Shown here piece by piece: positions 1 through 8,195 of a stretch of DNA of 63,239 bases. The stretch lies in assembly GCA_005881695.1 (NCBI GenBank), contig VBBT01000113.1, positions 1 through 63,239 on the forward strand. Direction: 5' to 3'. The stretch comes from Candidatus Bathyarchaeota archaeon (GTDB lineage: Archaea; Thermoproteota; Bathyarchaeia; 40CM-2-53-6). The notes under the pieces are model-generated. The model saw only the letters and a program-made list of their open reading frames with translations. It was not told the origin of the DNA and made no database searches. The translations under genes were made by a program, and so were the position numbers. The first letter of the stretch is position 1. Every line of letters starts with the position of its first letter.

Positions 1-50
1 AATAAGCTCAACTGTGACGAGGTTATGATGCCTTGCGCGATCGCTCAGTC

Positions 51-1256
51 TCATTCGTACGTCTCCCTGGCCAATTCTGCTCCCTTCGTGATGCTTGCGA
101 GCTTCGCAAGTGAAACATCCCACGTTCTGGTTCGCAGTCCGCAGTCTGGGTTTGCCCAGATTTTTGCTGGGTCCCCGACGATCTTCGTGGCGAATAGAAG
201 TCGGTCCCGCACTAGCTCTGGAGACTCAATTATGTCTCGTCCTAGGGATTGTCCCGCCCCAGAAGATACGTTTCCTGTGAAGTCGTGGACGTGGGCGACG
301 CCGAGCCCAAATTCCCCGCTGAAGCCAGCATCGACGAAATGTTTGAGGTCTCTGAAGCCTTCCCTTGAGTCCTCATCGAGTCCGAGACGGGAAGTGTCTC
401 GGTTGGCGAACTCTAACGCGAGGTGGTCGCATTTGTCTAGCTTCGGTGCATATTCTGCGAGAACTTTGTATCCTATCTCGGATGGGTAGCAGGTGTGGTC
501 ACTGAACTTGCAATCGAACCCTCTGACCGTTTCATTCCAGGCTTCGACGAACAGCTCCATTTCCTGAGGTTCCGGATGGGTGGTCACCGCCGGCTCGTCT
601 ATCTGTATCCAAGATGCTCCCGCGTTAACTAGGTCTCGGATTTCGGGTCGTATGATTTGCTCCACGATGTCGAGTAGGAATTCGCGCTTCGCTTCGATCT
701 TCCGCGTCTTAGATGAGGAAGTGTGTTGCTTCTGGATGTAGTATCCGCTGAAGGACCAGTCCACCAGCGTGTATGGACCGGTAATCGGAACTTTCACGGC
801 TCGGTGGGCGTATTTCTTGACATCCAAGAATTCCGGCAGATAGACGGGGTGTTTCCTAGAGATCTTCGATTCGGCGACTCCCTTGTTGAAGTACTTGTAG
901 TCAAAGGAGTGGATGTGGCCAAGGAGGGTCATTCCCTGGACAGCTTTGATTACATGCTCGTACATCTCGACTCGCTGTTGTTCTCCCCCTACACCGTCGT
1001 TGTCTACGCCTGCGGTTTCGAAGAGGCGCAGGCCGTACAAGGTGGAGAGTTCCAGAACCTCCTTTGCTCGTTCCCTATCATCACTGGTCTTGAGAATGCT
1101 CTTGGCTCGGTCATGGAAGTCTTGAATGGCTAGCTTCTCAGCCCATTCTTCAGCTTCGGAGAGGTCTTGCGAAGAGAGTTGTTGTCGAAGCCCCTTCGTT
1201 CTCCATTTGGCTTTGGCGAGACTCCCGATCTCCTGAACCGGAAAGAGCTTCGACAA
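51..1256 (-). CDS. metE: Cobalamin-independent methionine synthase, catalytic (MetE C-terminal-type) domain protein
   Basis: 401-aa ORF. Motifs IQIDEPAV, HTCY and NPDCGLRTR match the Zn/homocysteine-binding domain of MetE. The TTG start directly abuts the TAG of the upstream partner ORF. Confidence 0.8.
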   Translation of the reverse strand: MSKLFPVQEIGSLAKAKWRTKGLRQQLSSQDLSEAEEWAEKLAIQDFHDRAKSILKTSDDRERAKEVLELSTLYGLRLFETAGVDNDGVGGEQQRVEMYEHVIKAVQGMTLLGHIHSFDYKYFNKGVAESKISRKHPVYLPEFLDVKKYAHRAVKVPITGPYTLVDWSFSGYYIQKQHTSSSKTRKIEAKREFLLDIVEQIIRPEIRDLVNAGASWIQIDEPAVTTHPEPQEMELFVEAWNETVRGFDCKFSDHTCYPSEIGYKVLAEYAPKLDKCDHLALEFANRDTSRLGLDEDSREGFRDLKHFVDAGFSGEFGLGVAHVHDFTGNVSSGAGQSLGRDIIESPELVRDRLLFATKIVGDPAKIWANPDCGLRTRTWDVSLAKLASITKGAELARETYE

Positions 1257-2234
1257 CTATCTGTTCCCCTCGAACAGTTCAGATGCCTTCGACAACGCTT
1301 CCAACTTCTGGTTAGCAATTTCTTGCGGTAAAAACTTCAGGTCCGTATTGGACGCAAAAACTAGGTCTTGAACGTCCACTTGATCGCAGAATTTCCTTGC
1401 TGTGTCAGCAATCCAGCGAGGATCCTCAACGTAGGATTCCCGTGAGTCGACAACACCCAAAACGAGCGCTTTCGAGGCTTGTTCGCGAAGTGCGGAAGTG
1501 TCAGTTTCGAAGAGGTCGATTCCGATGCCGTAGATCGGTAGGTCTAGAAGTTTGGGGAGTACGGGAGCAACATCGCCAAAGTAGGTCTGGACCACAAACT
1601 CTCCGGGGTTGTCTTCGACCACGGAGCGAATTGCTCGGAGGGCGAGTTCAACTTCCGACTGGTCCCTGAAGTTCTCTCTGTAGGGTTGATAGACCAAGCA
1701 GGGTTCTGATAGTTGGAAGAGCGAAACGCCCTCGTTCCGAAGTCTCTTGATAATCTCGCGCTCGGCAACTGCAATGTCGAAGAGGAGATCAGGATAATTT
1801 TCGTAGTGCTTGTTTTCCGAGAGCTGAGAGAACGTGTATGGTCCAGGTAAAGTGATCTTTCGATTCCTTTCTCCTGTCAAGAGTTCGGTTCGAAGAAACG
1901 TGTCCGGGTTGATTTCGCCGGCTGAAATCTTGCCTGTGACGATGGGCTTTTGGTAGAATGTATTGGTGTCAAACCATCTTGAGTATCGGGTGCCCGACTC
2001 CACTCCTTTGAGAGATCGCGCGATGGGTCTTAGTTGATCTTGCCAGCCTAGGGCTCCGTCGGAGATATGTTGGAAGCCGAGGCTCTCTTGAAATTTGATG
2101 AGTTCTCTTGTCTCCTGCTCGAGTTGAGCTTCCACTTGATTCCAGCTGGTTTTTGCTCGCTCGTACGATCGGGTGAGGTCGATTAGCTTTTCTGACCGCG
2201 GGTGAATCCCGGCAAGCTGGATCTCTGGGGACAT
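1257..2234 (-). CDS. MetE N-terminal-domain-like protein (second half of a split methionine synthase)
   Basis: 325-aa ORF with a MetE-like barrel signature (LFQLSEPCLV in place of IDEPA) but no H-x-C zinc motif. Zero-nt junction with the catalytic-domain gene. Confidence 0.65.
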   Translation of the reverse strand: MSPEIQLAGIHPRSEKLIDLTRSYERAKTSWNQVEAQLEQETRELIKFQESLGFQHISDGALGWQDQLRPIARSLKGVESGTRYSRWFDTNTFYQKPIVTGKISAGEINPDTFLRTELLTGERNRKITLPGPYTFSQLSENKHYENYPDLLFDIAVAEREIIKRLRNEGVSLFQLSEPCLVYQPYRENFRDQSEVELALRAIRSVVEDNPGEFVVQTYFGDVAPVLPKLLDLPIYGIGIDLFETDTSALREQASKALVLGVVDSRESYVEDPRWIADTARKFCDQVDVQDLVFASNTDLKFLPQEIANQKLEALSKASELFEGNR

Positions 2235-2262
2235 GTTTTCGTCGTCGTTTCAGTTATTCTAA

Positions 2263-2270
2263 TTATATAA
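2263..2270. promoter_or_regulatory. AT-rich TATA-like element in divergent intergenic region
   Basis: TTATATAA lies about 30 nt upstream of the minus-strand start codon at 2234, giving leaderless geometry. It may also serve the plus-strand regulator gene. Confidence 0.4.
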
Positions 2271-2285
2271 GTTCTGTTGTACTCA

Positions 2286-2301
2286 TATTCCGTTGGGAAT
2301 A
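2286..2301. promoter_or_regulatory. Palindromic operator candidate TATTCC-N4-GGAATA (copy 1)
   Basis: Perfect 6+4+6 palindrome TATTCCGTTGGGAATA read directly from the sequence. Confidence 0.5.
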
Positions 2302-2312
2302 GGGCTTTTCTG

Positions 2313-2328
2313 TATTCCGATAGGAATA
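2313..2328. promoter_or_regulatory. Palindromic operator candidate TATTCC-N4-GGAATA (copy 2)
   Basis: Perfect palindrome TATTCCGATAGGAATA, centre 27 bp from copy 1. It overlaps the AT-rich stretch 27-32 nt upstream of ATG 2355. Confidence 0.5.
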
Positions 2329-2354
2329 AGAGCACCGTAAACCCGTCTATAAGC

Positions 2355-2915
2355 ATGCTTCCATCTCTGGGGGAGATTCCGAAGAAGAGGAAAGAGCTCG
2401 GGTTGACGCAGTCTAGACTCGCTGTATCGGCTGGAGTGAGCCAGTCGATAATCGCGAAGATAGAGGCTGGTTCGGTGGACCCGTCTTATTCGGTTGTGCA
2501 AAGACTGTTCAGCGCTTTGGAAAGAGCAGGGGTTGAGAGCCCAGCACGTCGCGTAGATGAGCTCATTAGTCGTCCTGTTGTCTCTGTTGCGAGAACGCAG
2601 CTCGTTCGGGACGCTGTTGACTTGATGAGGCGTAGAGGTTATTCGCAGCTTCCAGTTTTAGAAAGTGGACGATGTGTTGGAAGCATTTCGGAGAAGACGA
2701 TACTCGATCGAGCTGCTCGAGGTGAGTCCTTAGAGTCAGTCCTTGCCCTAAGGGTTCGCGAGATCATGGATTCGCCATTGCCGGTGGTCAATAATGATAC
2801 TCCACTCGATCTGGTCCTAGGATTGTTGCAGGGCAACTATGGCGTCCTCGTTTCCAAAGGCGAGAACATCGTTGGTATTCTGACGAAGTCGGATATTCTA
2901 AAAACAAAAAGGTAG
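2355..2915 (+). CDS. XRE-type HTH + CBS-pair transcriptional regulator
   Basis: HTH block LGLTQSRLAVSAGVSQSIIAKIE is followed by a tandem CBS-like region. The ORF track opens at TTG 2277, but ATG 2355 gives the usual N-terminus. Confidence 0.75.
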   Translation: MLPSLGEIPKKRKELGLTQSRLAVSAGVSQSIIAKIEAGSVDPSYSVVQRLFSALERAGVESPARRVDELISRPVVSVARTQLVRDAVDLMRRRGYSQLPVLESGRCVGSISEKTILDRAARGESLESVLALRVREIMDSPLPVVNNDTPLDLVLGLLQGNYGVLVSKGENIVGILTKSDILKTKR

Positions 2916-3102
2916 TTCCAGTAAGGGACCGATTGTAGCGTCCAGTATTGAAGGAACGTTTCAGGCTGTTTCCAGTGACTATTCACTAGGGTAACATCAC
3001 TCCTATTCAAGAACAGCTCATGCTGTGTTCTCCTGTTCGAGATACTATTAGGACAAGTATCCTTGGATGAGCTTGAATGATCACTAGGTATGGGTTGAAC
3101 GA

Positions 3103-4491
3103 ATGCTAGTCCAACTTACCAGTCTTGATCCCATCTGGTCCCTTTTCACTGTCATAGGAATACTCACCCTATTCGGAAAGAAGAAGAAAGACGAGAAAGA
3201 TCACGAAGAGAACGGAGAATCGTCGACTTCAATGCCCACTTCAGCACCCAACTCTCCAGCGGCACCACTCCAAGCTCCTCCTGTTCCCGCAAGTGCTCTT
3301 GCTCCTCCTTCTTCTCCTCCTCCAACTTCTCCGCCAATGAACGCCAACATCTCCTATCAACCGCCGAGAAGCTGGCAGGGTCCTCCGCAGGGGGACGAGG
3401 ACAGCTCGCTGAGCAGACTGCTACAGTCTCTGCTCAGAGATTTGCCATCTGACGCGAACTCGATGGGTGGCGATCAGCCAGGAGCGTTCTCGTTGCAAAG
3501 CACGGCTGAATGGATCCCGCCGAGGGCGACTCCCACAAGTCGGCCGATGATGATAGGTCCAGCCGGAAAGAAAGGCTCGGAGCCAGACAAACCAACCCCG
3601 GCACCACAACCGCCAGTTGCTACTGCGCCTCCTCCACCTCCAGCGCCTCCAGTTCGTTCCGTGAAACCCTCCGCGCCTATGGAGCAGCCAGTAAAGGAAG
3701 CGGTCCAGCCGAAGTTCTATCCTCCGCCCTCAACGGATAAACCGGAGAAACCTGTCAGGGAAGAGGCTCTGAAGCGTCCCAGCCCTCCAAAAGCGTCTCA
3801 AAGCTTTGACCATATCTTCGAGCTTACGAAAGGAAGCCTGGAATCTCCAGGCTTGGTGGTCGTAAACGGCAGCCAAGGATCTGGAAAAACGACTCTCTGC
3901 TCTGGGCTTGCGAACAGTTTTCTGAAGCAAGGAGACCCATGCATGTTCGTTACCTACGATAAAGCGCCTGCTGCGCTTAGGGATCAGATGAAAAAAATGG
4001 GTGCGGATCCGTCAGAGGCTGAGTCTCAATATAGGTTCTTGCTCGTGGACGGGTTTTCGGCCCAGTCCGACTCGTTCAGCTTTGAGCCGTACTACGTTGA
4101 GAAGGCGTTCGACTTCGATTCGATACAGGACGCGCTCATCAAGAACAGTTCCATGTTTATCGGCGAGAAGACGAAGATTCTCTTCGACTCGATCGATCCG
4201 GTGATAGCAAAGGTCGAGTCCAAGGATTTTGTCAAGCGATTAAGCGAGACCTTGGACAAGCTAAGAGACTCGAAAGTGACACTGGTCTTGACAGTGGATC
4301 TTTCGAAGGCACCGAAGGAAGTAGTCAAGTGGCTGGAAGATACCGCGTCGTGCGTTATCGATCTGGACAAGGATGATTCGGATCCGAACGGGCGAGAGCT
4401 GAATGTCAGGAAGCTGAACGGGTCAGCGTCCAAGATAGATACAGAAACTTTCGAGATAGATTCGAGCAAAGGACTCGTATTCGTAAAGTAG
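3103..4491 (+). CDS. Membrane-anchored, proline-rich RecA-superfamily (KaiC/FlaH-like) ATPase
   Basis: N-terminal hydrophobic helix (IWSLFTVIGILTLFG), about 190 aa of P/A/S-rich low complexity, then Walker A GSQGSGKTT and Walker B-like LLVDGF / ILFDSID. Confidence 0.7.
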   Translation: MLVQLTSLDPIWSLFTVIGILTLFGKKKKDEKDHEENGESSTSMPTSAPNSPAAPLQAPPVPASALAPPSSPPPTSPPMNANISYQPPRSWQGPPQGDEDSSLSRLLQSLLRDLPSDANSMGGDQPGAFSLQSTAEWIPPRATPTSRPMMIGPAGKKGSEPDKPTPAPQPPVATAPPPPPAPPVRSVKPSAPMEQPVKEAVQPKFYPPPSTDKPEKPVREEALKRPSPPKASQSFDHIFELTKGSLESPGLVVVNGSQGSGKTTLCSGLANSFLKQGDPCMFVTYDKAPAALRDQMKKMGADPSEAESQYRFLLVDGFSAQSDSFSFEPYYVEKAFDFDSIQDALIKNSSMFIGEKTKILFDSIDPVIAKVESKDFVKRLSETLDKLRDSKVTLVLTVDLSKAPKEVVKWLEDTASCVIDLDKDDSDPNGRELNVRKLNGSASKIDTETFEIDSSKGLVFVK

Positions 4492-4527
4492 CCTTATCTC
4501 TACATGCAGAGGAATGGAAAACACTAG

Positions 4528-4713
4528 CTACTCGTCGTCTTTAGAATCATCCGCTTGAGGTGGAGGCTGGAAAGCTTCCAGGGGCACCCATCTGCTCTTC
4601 TGGGCACCTTTGACCCAGGCGCCTCCTCCATCGATCCATTCAACGACGCCCTCGATTGTTTCGCCGCTCAACAATATCACCTTGACGTTATCGCCGGGTT
4701 TCGGAAGGGACAT
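4528..4713 (-). CDS. Small hypothetical protein (61 aa)
   Basis: ORF with a TATA-like TTTTATCA about 37 nt upstream on its strand. No family recognised. Confidence 0.45.
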   Translation of the reverse strand: MSLPKPGDNVKVILLSGETIEGVVEWIDGGGAWVKGAQKSRWVPLEAFQPPPQADDSKDDE

Positions 4714-4897
4714 GAATGGAGCAAACCGGGCCGGCTGAGCTATGATAAAACCCTGACTTGGACATGCAGGACGAACCGGTCGTGCGTCGTTGGAGCCCGA
4801 TACTTACTTTCACATGGGTCCGCAGGGACCACTCATGCGACGCGAGACACAGTCGCTAAGACCCCCGATTTTTTCTAGAACATTTCCTGTCTGGCAT

Positions 4898-4910
4898 TGA
4901 TAATGGGCGA
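4898..4910 (+). repeat. 13-nt direct repeat TGATAATGGGCGA (copy 1)
   Basis: Exact repeat of 5022-5034, inside a 340-bp gene-free gap. Confidence 0.8.
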
Positions 4911-5021
4911 AGCATGCGGTTCAAGGCACAATCCAGGCTGCGATGGTAATGGAAAGATGGCGACAATTCCGAACGAATCTCGGGAGAGTTGAAGCGGAGG
5001 TCCCAGATTCGAGATCCGGGC

Positions 5022-5034
5022 TGATAATGGGCGA
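5022..5034 (+). repeat. 13-nt direct repeat TGATAATGGGCGA (copy 2)
   Basis: Exact repeat of 4898-4910, 124 bp downstream. Confidence 0.8.
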
Positions 5035-5055
5035 GTTTCTAAACTATCAAAAAGT

Positions 5056-5319
5056 CTAGAGGGGCTCTACGTAGCCGAAGCCTTCACGAATGATCTTACG
5101 CACCATCTCAGCCCTCTCCTCGGTATTCTTGTCCAGGTAAATCTTGACGATGTGGCCCTTCTCGGTCTCGAAGCGCAAACCTTCCTTGCGAAACTTCTCC
5201 AAGGCATCGTTAAGGGTGAAATGGTTTCCAAAAGTTGCAACGATAACGGCGCGGTTCTTCTTCTTACCGCCCAGCCGAATCGCGGTTTTTCTGAAACCCT
5301 CAGCTAAACCATAAGCCAC
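5056..5319 (-). CDS. Hypothetical small basic protein (87 aa)
   Basis: Clean ORF with coding-like composition. Family not recognised. Confidence 0.5.
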   Translation of the reverse strand: MAYGLAEGFRKTAIRLGGKKKNRAVIVATFGNHFTLNDALEKFRKEGLRFETEKGHIVKIYLDKNTEERAEMVRKIIREGFGYVEPL

Positions 5320-5371
5320 TGTAAATCCGCCTTGCTTCTCGAACCAGCTGTGTCGCTATATGACTATCGGG

Positions 5372-5773
5372 TCACGCGGCCAGTTCGATAGGCCGCATCT
5401 TTTGGGACGGCGTTTTACCCAAGACCTTTCCAAGCTCCACCGTGACAACTCTTCGGTTGGACCTCTGACCACCATACCACCGGTTCACCTGATCGTCACC
5501 ATACTTCCGTCGAAAGAGGCTGAAAACGTGATCGAGTTTCTCCTGAGCGAGGCTTCCGTTTCCCTGGAAAAGTATTTCTCCAACTTCAACCTCCACCCGG
5601 GGAGTCTTCTCTACGTTCTTCCACCAATCAGAATCCTCATGAGCCAAAAAGAACAACTTCCCATCCTCGAAAGCGAACCAGAGCTCGACAGATCGAAACA
5701 AGCCGGTCCGTCGGCCCTTGGTAGTCAGGTTGAGGTAGGGTGTCTCTTCCAGAACAATCTCACTAGTAGCCAA
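5372..5773 (-). CDS. Deazaflavin (F420)-dependent nitroreductase / PNPOx-like split-barrel family protein
   Basis: 133 aa. The pattern TTKGRRTG...VELWF...DG..FF...WWKN is typical of the DUF385/DDN split beta-barrel family. Confidence 0.6.
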   Translation of the reverse strand: MATSEIVLEETPYLNLTTKGRRTGLFRSVELWFAFEDGKLFFLAHEDSDWWKNVEKTPRVEVEVGEILFQGNGSLAQEKLDHVFSLFRRKYGDDQVNRWYGGQRSNRRVVTVELGKVLGKTPSQKMRPIELAA

Positions 5774-5842
5774 TACGACTCAAGACGTACCAACAGTGCG
5801 TCGGACCCTTCGTTATAACCCTGAGGAGCCCTATCGGGGACC

Positions 5843-6142
5843 TTACTCGAACGACTCGCTCGCTTCATCGCTGCCGGCAGGCTCGCTCTTCGCAGGCTGC
5901 GAAGCTGGAGTCCGCTCGGGTAGGAGAGAGTATCTGCCATCAGAGGTCCGATAGATAGCCACCCGATGAACAGTTTCCCAGCCAGCGCTACCCTGGCGCC
6001 GGATCTGGATGGTCAAGACCTCAGCGGTGGGATCGCTTTTTCCCGGCCAAACAGTGAGCCCGAGAAAGTCTCCATTCGGCAGCTTGCTCGTGAACCTTGC
6101 CTTGTACTTCTGCCTCTCAGCCATCATACACGATTGGAACAT
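5843..6142 (-). CDS. Hypothetical protein (99 aa)
   Basis: ORF only. No recognisable motif. Confidence 0.4.
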   Translation of the reverse strand: MFQSCMMAERQKYKARFTSKLPNGDFLGLTVWPGKSDPTAEVLTIQIRRQGSAGWETVHRVAIYRTSDGRYSLLPERTPASQPAKSEPAGSDEASESFE

Positions 6143-6230
6143 GCCCTCGGCGTATTAAGCTGAATCCCTCATCGACAAAGCCTCCCTCTCAGAAGGCTCA
6201 TCTTATTACTTGACGAAATCAGAATATTGA

Positions 6231-6842
6231 TTGATAGTCTTGCTCTCGGGAATGCTGGTTGTCCTCCGAGCGCTGGAACGTGAAGATCTAACAGCGATGC
6301 ACAAGTGGCAGAACGACGAAGAGATCATGCGTTTGGCCCGCTCCTTCCCAGACCACGTGATCTCGAAAGAAGCCTTGGAGGCAGAATTCGCGAAGGAGCT
6401 GAAGGGAGAAGACACTGGAAGGAGAGCCTACATTATCGAAGAGAAATCCACACGCAAGCCAGTTGGCTGGGCGACGATTCGAATTCACCAGTTCCAGCGA
6501 AAGATGACGGCTGCTGATGTCGGTTTAGCACTGGGGGAGAAGACTGCCTGGAACAAGGGATACGGAACAGAAACTGCTAGACTCCTCCTCGACGAGGTGT
6601 TTAGACAATTGAACCTGCACCGAGCAGAATGGTGGACGTTCTCCGAGAATAATGTCAGCGTCCAACTGGCCAAGAAACTAGGCTTCAAAGAAGAAGCCCG
6701 CCTACGAGATGCGGTCTTCTTCGACAACCGGTATCATGACTTGGTTGTACTTGGTCTCTTGAAACAGGAGTTTGAATCGATTAGGGCAGCGTCCGAAACG
6801 TCCCGGGACAAGACAACCGTTAGCTATTTACAGAGCCCGTAG
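6231..6842 (+). CDS. GNAT-family N-acetyltransferase (RimJ/RimL-like)
   Basis: LRALEREDL...WQNDEEIM N-terminus and a GYGTE...L acetyl-CoA-binding region. Confidence 0.75.
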   Translation: MIVLLSGMLVVLRALEREDLTAMHKWQNDEEIMRLARSFPDHVISKEALEAEFAKELKGEDTGRRAYIIEEKSTRKPVGWATIRIHQFQRKMTAADVGLALGEKTAWNKGYGTETARLLLDEVFRQLNLHRAEWWTFSENNVSVQLAKKLGFKEEARLRDAVFFDNRYHDLVVLGLLKQEFESIRAASETSRDKTTVSYLQSP

Positions 6843-6862
6843 CAGAAAGTCGGCGATCAACA

Positions 6863-7201
6863 TTGAGCAACCTTGAGATGAAGGCTCAGAAAGGAGACAC
6901 CGTATCCGTACATTATCTCGGACGATATCCTGGCGGAAAGGTCTTCGACACTTCCATGGAGAAAGAAGCGAAATCCGCAGGCCTCTACAATCCTGCCCGT
7001 GACTACAAGCCTCTACAGGTGACGCTTGGAACTGGAAAGGTGATTCAGGGGTTCGACGAAGCACTGATCGGAATGAAGATCAATGAAGAGAAGGAAGTTG
7101 TGATTCCTCCGGAGAAGGCTTACGGAAAAACAGGGGGTCATCCTATGGCGGGCAAGACTCTGCAGTTCAAACTTAGAGTGACCAACATCAAACGCCAATA
7201 A
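6863..7201 (+). CDS. FKBP-type peptidyl-prolyl cis-trans isomerase
   Basis: GDTVSVHYLGRYPGGKVFDTS and GTGKVIQGFDEALIGMK motifs. Confidence 0.85.
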   Translation: MSNLEMKAQKGDTVSVHYLGRYPGGKVFDTSMEKEAKSAGLYNPARDYKPLQVTLGTGKVIQGFDEALIGMKINEEKEVVIPPEKAYGKTGGHPMAGKTLQFKLRVTNIKRQ

Positions 7202-7463
7202 CGGGAACTGGGCCAGAATTCCTCACAGCGTCTACAACGCGGCCCCTTGACAATTACTCCTGTCCAATGCTGGACATGACACATTCGAAGAGGAGGGCTG
7301 CTACCGTCTCAAGGATGGTACATGGCGATGGCGCTGAGGTCCTACAAGTCAACCCGAATAATACCCTTGATCTTCGTCGACGGGGGAGCCTGAGAAAGTA
7401 GAAAGAGTCAAGGCTCAGATACCCGATGCAACCCACACAAACTGGGATCGGATCGTCGAAAGA

Positions 7464-7913
7464 TTGGAAGACTTGATGAGGCAACCTCCTCAAAACGTCC
7501 CACGGGCTCGGTCACGCCTCGAAGGCCACAAAGGAGCGCCTCTCCCCAAGAAACTCGGAATCAAACCGGGATACACCGTTTCCCTAGTTGGCGCACCCGC
7601 GGGGTTCCGAGAGACCATGGGCGAATTACCGGAAAATGTGGTGCTGCGAGATGGTGTGAGAGCCCAGTCTGACCTAACGCTGTGGTTTGCAAAGTCTCGA
7701 CGAGAGTTGGAAGAGAGACTGCAACACATGAGGCCATTTTCGAAGAAGGCTGGATTATGGATTCTCTGGCCGAAGCAAGCCTCTAAGCTTCAAACGGACT
7801 TAGGACAGCCATTAGTGCGCGAAGCAGGGCTGGCCGCCGGGATGGTTGATTTCAAGATCTGCTCGATCGACAAAAACTGGTCGGGGCTCCGATTCACGCT
7901 AAGAGAGAAGTAA
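7464..7913 (+). CDS. DUF3052-like hypothetical protein
   Basis: 149-aa ORF. The LGIKPG...V.L.GAP pattern resembles DUF3052. Start codon uncertain. Confidence 0.5.
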   Translation: MEDLMRQPPQNVPRARSRLEGHKGAPLPKKLGIKPGYTVSLVGAPAGFRETMGELPENVVLRDGVRAQSDLTLWFAKSRRELEERLQHMRPFSKKAGLWILWPKQASKLQTDLGQPLVREAGLAAGMVDFKICSIDKNWSGLRFTLREK

Positions 7914-8195
7914 GAGTCGTCGGCCTGTCTTCGGAGAGATGGTTTCGGGGCTCCTTGAGGCCTGTATGACCGTGACCTGCGAGAGCCTTAATTGTTCAGA
8001 TGGTCACCGAATGAGTACGAGAATGTGAACTATGCTATTCCGAGCTAGCATCGACCTAGCGTTGGAACCGATGGCTGCCTTCGACGAGTTTGTTGCGGAG
8101 TTGTCCCAAGCCCTTACTCGAGTCGGCATGCGGCTTGAACCGCGGAAGGACGGTAGGATTTCGGAAGGAAAAGTCGAGGTCGGACGTGTTCTATC

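Noticed and set aside
2277-2354. TTG 2277 as the start of the HTH-CBS regulator.
   Set aside because: It lies only 7 nt from the TATA-like element. The added 26 residues precede the normal HTH N-terminus and would be translated across the two palindromic operator candidates. ATG 2355 is the more plausible start.
4714-5055. The gap as a structured RNA gene (SRP RNA, RNase P RNA, tRNA or C/D-box sRNA).
   Set aside because: I could not find the conserved cores: no GAGGAAAGUCC-type RNase P CR-I, no G-rich SRP helices, no cloverleaf, and no RUGAUGA...CUGA pairing at sRNA spacing. A covariance-model scan would be needed to exclude it fully.
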